Positions 14,290 to 25,003 are shown, numbered from the stretch's first letter. The stretch: 64,000 bases of DNA from Myxococcota bacterium (GCA_041611735.1 JBFIML010000007.1:55997-119996), one strand, 5' to 3'. A program made the numbers and translations. The notes: a model not told the origin generated them from the sequence alone.

Positions 14290-15573
14290 TTGAGCCACGA
14301 CCGCTACCGGGAGAGCGTCCGCGAGCTCTCCGATCGCATCGTGGCCGCCCAGAAGGGGATCCGGATCCTCGATGCCATCAAGTGGGACGATCGGATCCGC
14401 GAGGCCTTCTTCGCGGGCGGCTGCCGCGCCCTGCCGCCGGTGGATCGCGGGTATTACGAGCGGAACCGCCTCGGCTTCGACGTGGACACGCTGCGCGACG
14501 CCTTCGATCGGATCGAGCGCGACGTGGTCGCGCGCCTCGGCCCGGTGAATCCCGCCGGACAGCTCATGATCCGCATGGCCCGCGAGTACCGCACCGTGCT
14601 GCGCATGCTCGTGGCGCGCGGCACGCCGGAGTTCTCGCGGCTCGCCCAGGAGCTGTACGGCCGCTCCACGGACGCCTTCCACGCGGGGGGCCCCTCGGTG
14701 GCGGACCTGGCCGCGCTCCTGGACGGAGCCCTGCGTGGGATCCACGCCGGGATGTTCCTGGAGGAGGAGCCGCGCACCATCCCGATGGACCGCGCGGTGG
14801 GCCTGCTCCAGGAGCGGCTCGACCGGGTGTTCGACGATCCGGCCGCATCCGTGCGCGTCACCGTGAGCGATGGGATCGTCGCCGACGCGGCGGCGGGGTC
14901 CGACTACATCAAGCTCCGCAAGGACGCGCTCTTCAGCGAGCGCGAGCTGCGGCTGCTCGAGGTACACGAAGGCTGGGTGCACGTGGGAACGACCCTGAAC
15001 GGGCGTGCGCAGCCCTGCTGCACGTTCCTCAGCAAGGGGACACCCTCCACGTCCATCACCCAGGAGGGGCTGGCCCTGCTGATCGAGGTCATCTCGTTCC
15101 GCTCGCATCCGGCGCGGCTGCGGCGCGTGACGGACCGCATCCGCGGCATCCACCTGGCGGAGCAGGGCGCCACGTTCGTGGACGTCTTCCGGCAGCTGCG
15201 CGAAGAGGGGCGCGGCGAGGACGAGGCCTACACGGCCTGCGTGCGCATCTTCCGCGGCAGCACACCGGACGGAGGCCCGTTCACCAAGGATCTCTCCTAC
15301 AGCAAGGGCTTCGTCCAGATCTACAACTTCATCCGGCTGGCGGTGCGGCGCGGCCTGCTCGACCGCATCCCGCTGCTGTTCTGCGGCAAGCTCAAGCTCG
15401 AGGACGTGGGTACGCTGGCGGAGCTGCGCAGCCAGGGCCTGGTGGCGCCGCCCCGTTACCTGCCGCCCCCGCTCCTGGACCTGAACGCGCTCACGGCCTG
15501 GATGGCCTACTCGAACTTCCTGAACCGCCTCGACCTGGCCCAGGTGGAGGCGGACTTCGCGCACCTGTTCTAG
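14290..15573 (+). CDS. Flavohemoglobin expression-modulating QEGLA-motif protein (DUF1704-type metallopeptidase-like)
   Basis: HEGWVH metal motif, TQEGLA and FTKDLSY; TTG start. Confidence 0.85.
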   Translation: MSHDRYRESVRELSDRIVAAQKGIRILDAIKWDDRIREAFFAGGCRALPPVDRGYYERNRLGFDVDTLRDAFDRIERDVVARLGPVNPAGQLMIRMAREYRTVLRMLVARGTPEFSRLAQELYGRSTDAFHAGGPSVADLAALLDGALRGIHAGMFLEEEPRTIPMDRAVGLLQERLDRVFDDPAASVRVTVSDGIVADAAAGSDYIKLRKDALFSERELRLLEVHEGWVHVGTTLNGRAQPCCTFLSKGTPSTSITQEGLALLIEVISFRSHPARLRRVTDRIRGIHLAEQGATFVDVFRQLREEGRGEDEAYTACVRIFRGSTPDGGPFTKDLSYSKGFVQIYNFIRLAVRRGLLDRIPLLFCGKLKLEDVGTLAELRSQGLVAPPRYLPPPLLDLNALTAWMAYSNFLNRLDLAQVEADFAHLF

Positions 15574-15661
15574 CCCGGATCATTCGCGAAGGTTCGGGCT
15601 GGCGATCCTGCACGGGATGCCCGTAAGCTCCAGGCCGCGTTCCCCCGGGGGCGGATGCGTC

Positions 15662-18046
15662 ATGAGGGTCGCGAGAGCCCGCTTCGGACATCCCGTCCTG
15701 GTCCTCACCGTCGCCTCGACGCTGATGAGCGCGTTCGTGTTCTGGGACTTCGTCACGTTGAAGAAGGCTTTCCTCTTCGATGACGTCGGTGCCGACGGAC
15801 TCAGCTTCGTCTACCCGAGCCTCTACCACTTCCTGAGAACGGGCGGTCTCGCGAGCCCGGAATGGTCGTTCCACATGGGAACGGGCACGCAGGCCTATAC
15901 CTGGTACACGCTGATACACGGTCCCGACCCTCTCAACCTCGTCCTGCACCTGGTCCCGCCTGCACTCCTTGCCCACGCCATGATCTTCTCGCTGGTCGCC
16001 AAGCTGGTCGTGGCGACGCTTTCGATGTACGCGCTGCTCCGCGGCCACCGCCTCGAGCGCTCGGCCGCCCAGGTCGGCGCCATCCTCTACGCCTTCAGCG
16101 GGGCTCTCATCGCGCTGACCTCCTGGGTTTGGGTGTGGGCCTCCTACTTCGCGCTCCTCCCTCTACTCCTCCTCGTCCTCGAACCGCTTGCGCGCTCGGG
16201 TCGATGGCTCCACCTGCCCTTCGTGTTCCTGGTCTACGGCAGCACCGTGACCAGTCTCTTCTCCCTCTACCAGACCGGTCTGTTCCTCGGGCTCTACCTC
16301 GCCTTCAGATACCTCGATACGGCCGAGCGCCCTCGCCTCGGGCTACTCGGAACGCGCCTCGCCGCGCTGACCGCGGCGTTCGCCCTCGGCATCGGGATGC
16401 TCTCCTTCCTCCTCGCACCACAGCTCCAGACACTGCTCTTCGGGCATGCCCGGGGCGATATAGGCTCCTACGGTCTGTGGCCCCTCGAGCTCGTCTCCTC
16501 GACCGAGCTCCTGACTTCCTTCTTTCGGCTGTTCTCCAACGACATCAGCGGGACCGCCCGATTGGGCTACGACCCTCGCTTCTTCGGCAACTACTTCGAG
16601 GCGCCGTTCTGGTACTGCGGCGTGTTGACCCCTCTCCTCCTACCGTTTGCGCTGACCGCCCTCCGCGGCCGAAGGCGATGGGTTTTCGCGCTCTTGCTCG
16701 CGATCCTCGCCACCTACGCGCTGGTTCCGAACATGCGCCACCTGGCCAACGGCCTTTCGGCGGCCACTTACCGGACGAGCACGATCTACGTCACCTTGCT
16801 GCTGGTGGTCGTCACGAGCCGCACACTAAGCGCCCTGTTGCGGGAAGAGGGCCCGACGCCCCGACGGCTCCTCGGCGTGACGATAACCTGCCTGTTCGCG
16901 CTATGCCTCGCGACTTGGTGGATCTCGAGGGCGAATCCCGCTCGGATCCCGGCCCTTCCCCTGCTTTGCGCCCTCTTCTTCGTCATGGCGCAAGGCGCGC
17001 TCCTCGTCGGATTGACCCGGCGCCCGCAGTGGCAAGGCGCTTTGCTGCTCGCCGTGTGCCTGGAGATGTCCCTCGCGTCCTGGTTCACGATCAACTACAG
17101 CCGCCAACCGGTCGATCTGGCCGGGACCCACCATGCCTTCGTCGACGGTCGTGCGCTCGCCGCCGTGGAGCGCATTCAGAGCGTGGACCGGGGGATCTAC
17201 CGTGTCCGCAAGACCTCGGCGCACCCGCAGCTGAACGATCCGATGCTCTACGGCTACCTCGGGACGACGCTCTACTACTCGTTCCTCCCGTCGAGCTACA
17301 CGGAATTCCTGAGAGTCCTCGACGCGAAGTACTTCCCGCCGAACTGGATTCCCGGACTCGGGGAGCGATATCTCCTGGATTCCTTCCTCGGCGTGAAGTA
17401 CTACGTGCAGATGCGGAGCGAGCCGACGCCACCGTACGCGACGAAGATCCAGAGCATGGGGGTGGAAGCGTTCCGCAACCAGCTCGCTCTTCCGATCCTC
17501 TTCACCAGCGACTCCTACATGACGCTCGAGGAGTTCCAAGGGCTCTCCAACGGGCAGAAGGATCGCCTCCTCATGACGTCCTGTGTCCTCGACCTCGAGG
17601 CGGAGGCGGCGAGCCGGCTGGTGGGAATCCGACGCCTGGGCATCAGGGACGCGCGGGGCGTCGACGACGACGACGTCCTCGCGGCCGCCGAGCGGAGGCA
17701 GAAGGGCTCGCCTTTCATCACGCGCTTCGACCACGAGTCCCTCGAGGCCGAGGTGCACCTGGATCGACCAAGCGTCCTGATCCTCACGACTCCCTTCGAT
17801 GAAGGCTGGGAGATCCGCTCGGGCGACGACATCTTGGAGACGTTCGCAGTGGACGTCGGTTTCCTGGGCTGCCTCCTCCCCGCCGGGGATCACGTGATTC
17901 GCTACGAGTACCGGACGCCATGGCTCGCGGAGGGAATCGCGCTCAGCCTCGCCTGCGTGGTGGGGTATCTGGTGATCCTCGCGGCCGCGAGGACGAGGCG
18001 GCACCGAAGAGTGAGAATCCACAGCGACGCGCGAGTCGGCCCATGA
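15662..18046 (+). CDS. YfhO-family membrane protein (GT-C glycosyltransferase-like)
   Basis: Many TM helices; D..ADGLSFVYP, WSF.MG.G, LYAFSG, FLGVKY and PFDEGW motifs; C-terminal TM helix. Confidence 0.78.
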   Translation: MRVARARFGHPVLVLTVASTLMSAFVFWDFVTLKKAFLFDDVGADGLSFVYPSLYHFLRTGGLASPEWSFHMGTGTQAYTWYTLIHGPDPLNLVLHLVPPALLAHAMIFSLVAKLVVATLSMYALLRGHRLERSAAQVGAILYAFSGALIALTSWVWVWASYFALLPLLLLVLEPLARSGRWLHLPFVFLVYGSTVTSLFSLYQTGLFLGLYLAFRYLDTAERPRLGLLGTRLAALTAAFALGIGMLSFLLAPQLQTLLFGHARGDIGSYGLWPLELVSSTELLTSFFRLFSNDISGTARLGYDPRFFGNYFEAPFWYCGVLTPLLLPFALTALRGRRRWVFALLLAILATYALVPNMRHLANGLSAATYRTSTIYVTLLLVVVTSRTLSALLREEGPTPRRLLGVTITCLFALCLATWWISRANPARIPALPLLCALFFVMAQGALLVGLTRRPQWQGALLLAVCLEMSLASWFTINYSRQPVDLAGTHHAFVDGRALAAVERIQSVDRGIYRVRKTSAHPQLNDPMLYGYLGTTLYYSFLPSSYTEFLRVLDAKYFPPNWIPGLGERYLLDSFLGVKYYVQMRSEPTPPYATKIQSMGVEAFRNQLALPILFTSDSYMTLEEFQGLSNGQKDRLLMTSCVLDLEAEAASRLVGIRRLGIRDARGVDDDDVLAAAERRQKGSPFITRFDHESLEAEVHLDRPSVLILTTPFDEGWEIRSGDDILETFAVDVGFLGCLLPAGDHVIRYEYRTPWLAEGIALSLACVVGYLVILAAARTRRHRRVRIHSDARVGP

Positions 18047-18192
18047 GACGAACCGCTTCCTTCCCGGCCTGTTCCTCGGGCTCGCCGCCCGGCCAGCGGA
18101 GCCTCGCTTTGGCACGGTGGTATTCCGGAGCTGCAGTCCTCACCTCGACCCGGGAGAGGCCCGATCGAGATCCACGAGCGTGAGCCGAGTGA

Positions 18193-19539
18193 TCAGCGCG
18201 CCCCGATGCGCCGCCGCAGCGGGATCGCCCGGCCGGAGCCGATCAGCCCGGCCCCCACCAGCACGAGCCCCACGTGCACGATGCGCAGGCCGCTTCCGTC
18301 CGAGTGTCCGATCCCGCCCAGGGCGAGGGCGGCGAGTCCCACGCACACGGCCGTGGCCGCCGCCACGGAGCGCCAGGCCGAGGGCGGCGCATCGGGCCGC
18401 ACCCGGCCCATCTGCTCGAAGCGACCGAAGATCGCCACCAGGGCGGCGAGCGCGACCCCCAGCAGCAGGAGCCAGGCCGGTCGCTCCGCCCACCAGTCCC
18501 CGCTGCCCGGCGTGGAGCGCAGGCCCACGCCGCCGGCCCAGTAGGCGAGCCCCACCAGCAGGACCATGGCGGTGGCGTGCCAGAGGTAGAGGGTCATGAT
18601 GGTTCCGTTCACGAAGACCGTGGCGGTCCAGGTGCGGCCCCCTTGCAACCAGCGTCGGGCGGGAGCCTCCGCGGCCAGCACCAGGCCCGCGTGGAATACG
18701 CCGAGGGCCAGGAGCGCCAGCGTCGGCGGGCGGCTGTTCGACATCTCCTCGCCCGGCACGGTGATCATGCTGAGCGGGTAGGAGGCGGCCGTGACCAGGA
18801 CGACCAGGACGCCGAGGCCGCCGGCGGCCCACAAGAGGGCCCGCGCCGGCCCGGCGATGCGGCCGTCCCGCCAGAGGTAGCCCACGTGGTGCACCCCGAG
18901 CCAGACGAAGGCGTAGTTCGCCCAGCGCAAGAGACCCCAGCCCGTGGAGAAGGCCAGCGCGTCGACGGCCACCGCGCCCCCGGCCAGGACCCAGAACGAG
19001 ACCATCCCGTAGCGGCGCCACAGCCAGTGGGTCGCGGGCGCAGCGACCACCACCATCACGTAGACGGCCAGGAACCAGGTGGGGATGAAAGCCACCTGCG
19101 AGCCGATCCGGATCATGGCCTCGGGGACGGCGAGCCAACGCCCCGCCACGGCGAGAGCGCTCCACACCACCAGGAGCGGCACCACGGGGAGGACGAGGCG
19201 TTGCAGGCGCGCGGCGATCCAGGCGTCGTAGCCCCGCCCGGCCCGGCGGGTGGCCTCCCAGGAGACCCCGTTCGCGTAGCCGCCCACCAGGAAGAAGAGC
19301 GGCATCACCTGGAAGAGCCACGTCAGCCACTGGCTCCACGGCGCCACGCGCAGCATGTCGCCCAGGCTGAAGGTGCCGCCCCCCACGGAGGGCGCCGCCA
19401 TCAGCCAGTGACCGATCACGACCACGAGGATCGATGCGGCCCGGAGGAAGTCCACGTAGCGGTTGCGGGTGGCGGGCGTGCGCTCCGCCAGGGCCCGGGC
19501 CTGGGCCCAGGCGCCCGATCGCACCGCTGCCTGGCTCAT
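18193..19539 (-). CDS. Acyltransferase-3 (AT3) family membrane O-acyltransferase
   Basis: RNRYVDFLRA..I.VVV.GHW, FQVMPLFF.VGG, RL.RL..P, WFL and MTLYLWH. Confidence 0.85.
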   Translation of the reverse strand: MSQAAVRSGAWAQARALAERTPATRNRYVDFLRAASILVVVIGHWLMAAPSVGGGTFSLGDMLRVAPWSQWLTWLFQVMPLFFLVGGYANGVSWEATRRAGRGYDAWIAARLQRLVLPVVPLLVVWSALAVAGRWLAVPEAMIRIGSQVAFIPTWFLAVYVMVVVAAPATHWLWRRYGMVSFWVLAGGAVAVDALAFSTGWGLLRWANYAFVWLGVHHVGYLWRDGRIAGPARALLWAAGGLGVLVVLVTAASYPLSMITVPGEEMSNSRPPTLALLALGVFHAGLVLAAEAPARRWLQGGRTWTATVFVNGTIMTLYLWHATAMVLLVGLAYWAGGVGLRSTPGSGDWWAERPAWLLLLGVALAALVAIFGRFEQMGRVRPDAPPSAWRSVAAATAVCVGLAALALGGIGHSDGSGLRIVHVGLVLVGAGLIGSGRAIPLRRRIGAR

Positions 19540-19679
19540 GGACGCTCCGCTCCGCGCCCGGGCCCTCCGACCCGGAGACGGCAGGAGGCTCGGCCGCATT
19601 CTCGCCGGCCGCCAGCCCCGGGGCCACAGTCCCACGGCCGTGGCTCAATCGCCCCCGGCGCCCTGCCGATCCGTGCGTC

Positions 19680-20945
19680 GTGGAGACGCCCACCCCGAGT
19701 CCGGCGCCGGGCGCGCCCTCCCCCGTTCGGCTGGGGGAGAGGCTCCCCGCCATCGCCGAGCGCTTCGCCACCAGCGGCCTGCTCGGGCTCGTCGTGATCG
19801 ACGGTGCGCCGCTGGCGGGGATCGAGCGCAGCTTCGGTCACGACGCCTACGCCGGCTGCCTGGCGGCGCTGGCCGAGCTGGCCCAGCGGGTGGCGGCGCA
19901 GCACTGGGGCGGCGACGCCCTGGTCTCCCTGGGCGACACGGGCCGTCACGAGGTCCTGATCCTGCTCTTCCGCAGCCAGGCGGAGAGCAGCTTCTATCGA
20001 CGCGATCTCCCGCGCTTCTGCCGGGAGCTTCGGCGCGAGCTGGCCTGGCACGGGCAGCGGGTGGTCTATCCGTATCACCGGCAGGCGCCGATCTTCGGCG
20101 TGGGCTACGCGGCGGCGCTGCGCAACCCGCTGCTGGGAGCCGAGACCCAGCTGCTCGACACCTTCCGCGAGGCGCGCGACGACGCCCGCCTCGCGGCGCG
20201 GGTCGAGGCGCGCCGGCGCCGCAAGGAATTCGTGAGCCTCGTACTGGCCGGGGAGGTGACGTCCGTCTACGAGCCCATCGTCGAGGTCACGAGCAAGACC
20301 GTCTTCGGCTACGAGGCCCTGGCGCGCGGACCCGCAGACAGCGACTTCCACTCGCCGCTCGCGCTGTTCCAGACCGCCATGCAGGAGAACCTCGTCTTCG
20401 AGCTCGATTGCCTGTGCCGGCGCAGTGGCCTCGAAGGGGCGGAGGAGCTGCCCACCGGCACCAAGCTCTTCCTGAACGTACGACCCACCACGATCCACGA
20501 CCCGAGCTTCCAGCCCGAGGCCCTGATCCGCACCCTGGCCCGCAGCCGGCTCCAGCCGAGCGACCTGGTGTTCGAGATCTCCGAGCAGGAATCCATCGAG
20601 AGCTTCGACCTGTTCCGCGAGGTGCGAGACGAGTACGGAAAGCTCGGCTTCCAGTTCGCCCTCGACGACACCGGCGCCGGCTACGCGAGTCTGCAGGCGG
20701 TGATGGAGCTCGCCCCCGAGTTCATCAAGGTGGACCGCGCGCTGGTCAGCCAGATCGACCGGGACGAGGCCCGCCAGACCCTGCTGCGCGCGCTCCACGA
20801 CGTGGCCGGCCAGATCGGCTCGCGGATCATCGCCGAGGGCCTCGACCGCCTCGAGGAGCTCGAGACCCTGGGCGAGCTCGGCATCCCCTTCGGCCAGGGC
20901 TGGCTGTTCGGAAAGCCGACCCCGCTGCGGGGCTCCTCGCGCTAG
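19680..20945 (+). CDS. EAL-domain c-di-GMP phosphodiesterase with a degenerate N-terminal GGDEF-like region
   Basis: YEPIV, YEALARG, LFLN, FEISE, ALDDTGAGY, IKVDR, AEG and GQGWL motifs; start estimated. Confidence 0.85.
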   Translation: METPTPSPAPGAPSPVRLGERLPAIAERFATSGLLGLVVIDGAPLAGIERSFGHDAYAGCLAALAELAQRVAAQHWGGDALVSLGDTGRHEVLILLFRSQAESSFYRRDLPRFCRELRRELAWHGQRVVYPYHRQAPIFGVGYAAALRNPLLGAETQLLDTFREARDDARLAARVEARRRRKEFVSLVLAGEVTSVYEPIVEVTSKTVFGYEALARGPADSDFHSPLALFQTAMQENLVFELDCLCRRSGLEGAEELPTGTKLFLNVRPTTIHDPSFQPEALIRTLARSRLQPSDLVFEISEQESIESFDLFREVRDEYGKLGFQFALDDTGAGYASLQAVMELAPEFIKVDRALVSQIDRDEARQTLLRALHDVAGQIGSRIIAEGLDRLEELETLGELGIPFGQGWLFGKPTPLRGSSR

Positions 20946-20994
20946 CCTGCCGGCGCACGCCCCTGGCGGGTGAGCGGTGGCGCGAGGAGGTCCC

Positions 20995-22065
20995 ATGGAC
21001 GAGATCCGTCTGACGACGCTCGTTCCGGCCGGCGGTTGAGCCCGCAAGCTGGGTGCCCAGGACCTGGTCCAGGTCCTGAAGAAGATCGGGCCGGTTCGTC
21101 ATCCGTGGGTCCCCGAGCAGGCGGCTCCCATGGAAGACGCGGCCCTGCTGCGCCCGCCGTCCGGACCGGGGCTCGTGTTCACGGTGGACTTCATCACGCC
21201 GATCGTGGACGACCCGGAGACCTTTGGCGCCATCGCAGCAGCGAACTCGCTGTCGGACGTCTACGCCATGGGCGGCGACCCCATGGCCGCACTGGCCGTG
21301 TGCGGATTCCCGGAGGACCGGGTCTCCACGGCGATCCTCGAGCGCATCTTCCGCGGGGGCCGCGACAAGGCCGCCGAGGCGGGCTGTGCCGTGGTGGGCG
21401 GCCACACGGTGGTCGATCCGGAGCTCAAGTACGGCCTGGCAGTGATCGGGGTGGTGGACCCGGAGCGGGCCCTGATCCAGACCCGGGCGCGGGTCGGAGA
21501 TCGACTCGTGCTCACCAAGCCGATCGGGTTCGGGATCGCCGCCCAGGCCATCAAGGCCGGGCGACTGCCCGCGCCGGCCCTGGCCGAGGTGGCGGGCCTC
21601 ATGACGACCCTCAACCGGGGCGCCAAGGACGCGGCACTCGCCGCCGGCGCCCACGCGGCCACGGACGTGACTGGCTTCGGCCTGCTCGGGCACCTGCGGC
21701 ACCTGCTGCTCGGGGCCCGGGCGGCGGCGCGGCTGGTGGCCCGGGCGGTGCCGGTGATCCCCGCCGTGCGCCCCTTCGCCGAAGAGGGGCTGCTGCCGGG
21801 CGGAACCCGGAAGAACCTCGCCTACGTGGAGCCCCACGTGCGCTGGGACCCGGGAATCACGGAGGCGGAGCGCCTGCTCCTGTGCGACGCCCAGACCTCG
21901 GGGGGGCTGCTGCTCGCCGTGGCGCCGGATGACGTCGCGGCGCTGTGCAGCGAGCTCGCGCGCCGCGGCGCACCGGCCCGGGCCGTAATCGGGGAGATCG
22001 TCCCCGGCCCCCCCGGCACCCTCAGCGTCGAGACCGGTCCCCCTATTCGCGGGGCTCGGGGGTGA
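20995..22065 (+). CDS. selD: Selenide, water dikinase (selenophosphate synthetase), selenocysteine at codon 15
   Basis: GGAGG RBS and ATG 20995 give MDEIRLTTLVPAGG-U(TGA 21037-21039)-ARKL, in frame with the ORF at 21130 (EDAA, TVDFITP, ANSLSDVYAMGG, GGHT, LTKPIG, TDVTGFGLLGH, DAQTSGGLL). Confidence 0.95.
21058..21078 (+). other. Bacterial SECIS-like hairpin
   Basis: Perfect 9-bp stem CAGGACCTG/CAGGTCCTG with a G-starting loop (GTC) 28 nt after the Sec TGA. Confidence 0.7.
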
Positions 22066-24967
22066 TGCGGAGGGGGAGGCGGCGACCGGCGCGCAGCACG
22101 ACGACCTCCACGTCGCGCCCGGCGACGAGCGCCTCGATGGCGTAGGTGTAGTCGTACACGTTCTCCACGCGGCGGCCCGCCAGCTCGACGATCACGTCGC
22201 CCGCCCGCAGCCCCGCCCGGGCTGCGGGGCCGCCCTCCACGACCCCCGAGAGGCGCAGGCCGCCCGCTTCCGCCTCCACGTAGTCCGGGATCGTGCCGAG
22301 ATAAGCCCGCAGGCCCGCGCGGCCCCGATCCCCGGGCGGCGGCGCCTTCGCCACGTAGACCGGCGCCTCGGGTCGCGAAGCCACCTCCTGCGCCAGACGC
22401 GCCACGAGCGTCGCCACCCGGGCCAGCTCCGGGTAGCGGAGCTTCTCGGCGGTGTCCCGGGGCGTGTGGTAGTCCGCATGCGCTCCGGTGAAGGCGCTCA
22501 GGAACGGGACCCGCTTCAGGTAGAAGGCGGTGGAGTCGGTGGGCAGATACGTCTCGTCCTGGGTGCGGATCGGAAGGCCGACCGGCGCGGCGACGCGCTC
22601 CAGAACGGCGGGCCAGCGCGGGCTCGACCCGACACCCTGGAGCACCAGCGCCCGCTCCAGGCGTCCCACCATGTCGAGGTTCAGGTAGGCGGCGACGCGG
22701 TCCGAGCCGTCGTCCCCCGGAACCAGATTTCGCACGAAGTGCTCGGCCCCGAGCAGCCCCAGCTCCTCGCCGGACCAGGCCGCGAAGATCACGTCGCGCG
22801 CCAGGACGAGCTCCCCCCGCCCACGCGCCTCGCTCAGCTGGCGCGCGATCTCGAGCAGGGCGGCCACGCCCGACGCGTTGTCGTCGGCGCCGGGATGCAC
22901 CCGGCCCCGCTCCTCTTCCCGGGCCATGGAGCTTCCGCCGAGGCCGCGGCCCAGGTGGTCCACGTGGGCGCCGATCACGAGGGCGGGGCGCCCGGAAGCC
23001 GGGCCCTCGGCGGGGAGCCGGGCCAGCACGTTGCGCCCCTGGCGCCGCTCCTGCACCAGGGCGACGCGCGCTGCGAGCGTCGCACCCGGCAGCGGAAAGG
23101 CCGGGAGCGGCTCGCCCCGGTCGAGGGCCTCCTGCAGGCTCGCAAGATCGCGTCCCGTAGCGGCCAGCAGCGCCTCCGCCACCGGATCGGCCACGCTGAG
23201 CGCCGCGATGCCTGCGGTCGCCGCCGATCCGTCGATGCGAAGCGGGACGAGCGGGTCCCGCACCGGAGTCCGCGGCCCGCTCGCTACCAGCAGACCGAGG
23301 GCGCCCCGGTCCCGGGCCAGCGTGGCCTTGTGGCGCAGGCTCGCGAAGCGGCTCCAGTGCTCGCGCACCTCGGGTGCCACGTCCGAGGGCAGCTGGCGCA
23401 GGACCAGCACCCAGCGGCCCGCCACGTCGAGGTCCCCGTAGGCGTCCAGGGCCTCCACGCCCTCGACCGCAGGCGCCACGATCCCGTAGCCCGCGAAGAC
23501 GACGGGAGCCGGCCCGGCCTCCCCGCTGCGCGAGAATCCGAGGGGCCGCCAGTCCGCATCCACGGCGAACGCCCGTGGCGGCGCCCCGGACCGCTCCAGC
23601 ACGAGCTCGTTGCCCGGCGCCAGGGAGACCCCCGCCGTGAAGTCGAAGGGCTGCAGCCAGCCGCCCTCCGCGCCCGCCGGCTCGAGCCCGAGAGAGGCGA
23701 AGACGCCCGCCACGTACGCAGCGGCGCGCCGCTCGCCGTCGGTTCCCGTCTCGCGGCCCGCCATCTCCGGGGCGGTGAGCCGCACCACGTGCGCTCGCAG
23801 GGGCCCGGCCTCGGGCGGGCTCGTCGGGCCCGCCGGCGACGCGGGCGACCGGGCCGCGGGCGCCAGGCCGAGAGCCCGCCGCGCCGCGACCTCGTCCCAG
23901 GCGGCCAGGAAGATCTGGGACGAGGCGTCCCCACTGCGCTGACTGGTCCAGGCAAGCTGCCTGCCGTCCGGCGCGAAGGCCGGAAGCCCGTCGAAGCGAT
24001 CCTGGAAGGTGACCCGCACGGGCTCTGAAATTCCAGCGGCATCCACCAGATAGAGCTCGAAGTTCGCGTGACCCAGCAGGTTCGTGGCGAAGACCACGTA
24101 GTCGCCGGAGGGGTGGAAGAACGGCGCCCAGGAGAGCGCCCCGAGGCGAGTGAGCGGCCGCTCCGGACCGCCGTCCACGTCCCGGACCCAGATCTCCGCC
24201 CGGGTCCCGTCCGGGCTGAAGCGGCGCCATACGATGCGTCGCCCGTCGGCGCTCCAGAAGGGGCCCCCGTCGTAGCCGGGCGCGTGGGTCAGCCGTCGCA
24301 CGACACCGTCCGCCTCGCGCACGTAGAGCTCCATGGCGACGGAGGGATCCGCTTCGAACCGCTCCGCCTCCTCCGGCGCGAGCGAGCCCCCAAAGGCGTG
24401 GCGATTGGAGGCGAAGACGATGCGGCGGCCGTCCGGTGACCAGGCCGCCTCGGCGTCGTAGCCGGGTGCCCGGGTGAGGCGACGCAGCGCCCCGCTGGCG
24501 AGGTCCCGCTCCCAGAGCTCGAACTCCGGATCGAAGTCCCAGGCATAGCGGCGGCCGGTTCCCGCAGCGCGCTCCGCGAGCTCCGCTTCCTGCTTGGCGG
24601 GCGCCTGGGGGTCGTGGTGCGTGGAGGCGAAGAGCACCCGACTGCCGTCCGGATGGATCCAGCCGCAGGTGGTCTTGCCAACCCCGGGCGAGACGCGCTC
24701 CAGCGCACCGGTCGCCAGGTCCATCAGATAGATCTGATAGAAGGGGTTGCCCGGCTCGCGCTCGCTCTGGAAGACGAGCCGGTGCCCGCTGGCGTCGAAG
24801 TAGCCTTCCCCGGAGCGGCGGCCGGCGAAGGTGAGCTGCCGCACCCCCTGCAGCAGGGGCTCCGGGTCGGCCGCGGGTCCCGGGGCTCCGCCGTGCCCCG
24901 CACAGGCGGCCGCCGCGGCCAGAGCCAGGCCGGCTCCCACCCGACGAAGCGTGCCCGGCATCCCCAT
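22043..24967 (-). CDS. Lipoprotein M28-family aminopeptidase with TolB/PD40 propeller, PA and PDZ domains
   Basis: Signal AAAAC; PD40-like repeats (SGEGYF, GYDAEAAWSPDG, GYDGGPFWS); GAHVDHLG, GADDNASG, WSGEELGL, NLDMVG, TDS and HADYH; C-terminal YLGTIPDY PDZ. Confidence 0.9.
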   Translation of the reverse strand: MGMPGTLRRVGAGLALAAAAACAGHGGAPGPAADPEPLLQGVRQLTFAGRRSGEGYFDASGHRLVFQSEREPGNPFYQIYLMDLATGALERVSPGVGKTTCGWIHPDGSRVLFASTHHDPQAPAKQEAELAERAAGTGRRYAWDFDPEFELWERDLASGALRRLTRAPGYDAEAAWSPDGRRIVFASNRHAFGGSLAPEEAERFEADPSVAMELYVREADGVVRRLTHAPGYDGGPFWSADGRRIVWRRFSPDGTRAEIWVRDVDGGPERPLTRLGALSWAPFFHPSGDYVVFATNLLGHANFELYLVDAAGISEPVRVTFQDRFDGLPAFAPDGRQLAWTSQRSGDASSQIFLAAWDEVAARRALGLAPAARSPASPAGPTSPPEAGPLRAHVVRLTAPEMAGRETGTDGERRAAAYVAGVFASLGLEPAGAEGGWLQPFDFTAGVSLAPGNELVLERSGAPPRAFAVDADWRPLGFSRSGEAGPAPVVFAGYGIVAPAVEGVEALDAYGDLDVAGRWVLVLRQLPSDVAPEVREHWSRFASLRHKATLARDRGALGLLVASGPRTPVRDPLVPLRIDGSAATAGIAALSVADPVAEALLAATGRDLASLQEALDRGEPLPAFPLPGATLAARVALVQERRQGRNVLARLPAEGPASGRPALVIGAHVDHLGRGLGGSSMAREEERGRVHPGADDNASGVAALLEIARQLSEARGRGELVLARDVIFAAWSGEELGLLGAEHFVRNLVPGDDGSDRVAAYLNLDMVGRLERALVLQGVGSSPRWPAVLERVAAPVGLPIRTQDETYLPTDSTAFYLKRVPFLSAFTGAHADYHTPRDTAEKLRYPELARVATLVARLAQEVASRPEAPVYVAKAPPPGDRGRAGLRAYLGTIPDYVEAEAGGLRLSGVVEGGPAARAGLRAGDVIVELAGRRVENVYDYTYAIEALVAGRDVEVVVLRAGRRLPLRITPEPRE

Positions 24968-25003
24968 CGCCGCGGATCCTAGCAGGCGCTCTTCCCATCT
25001 ATT

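Noticed and set aside
21037-21039. selD as a nonsense pseudogene, or starting at 21130
   Set aside because: The TGA falls exactly on the catalytic Cys/Sec position, with an RBS upstream and a SECIS-like hairpin downstream.
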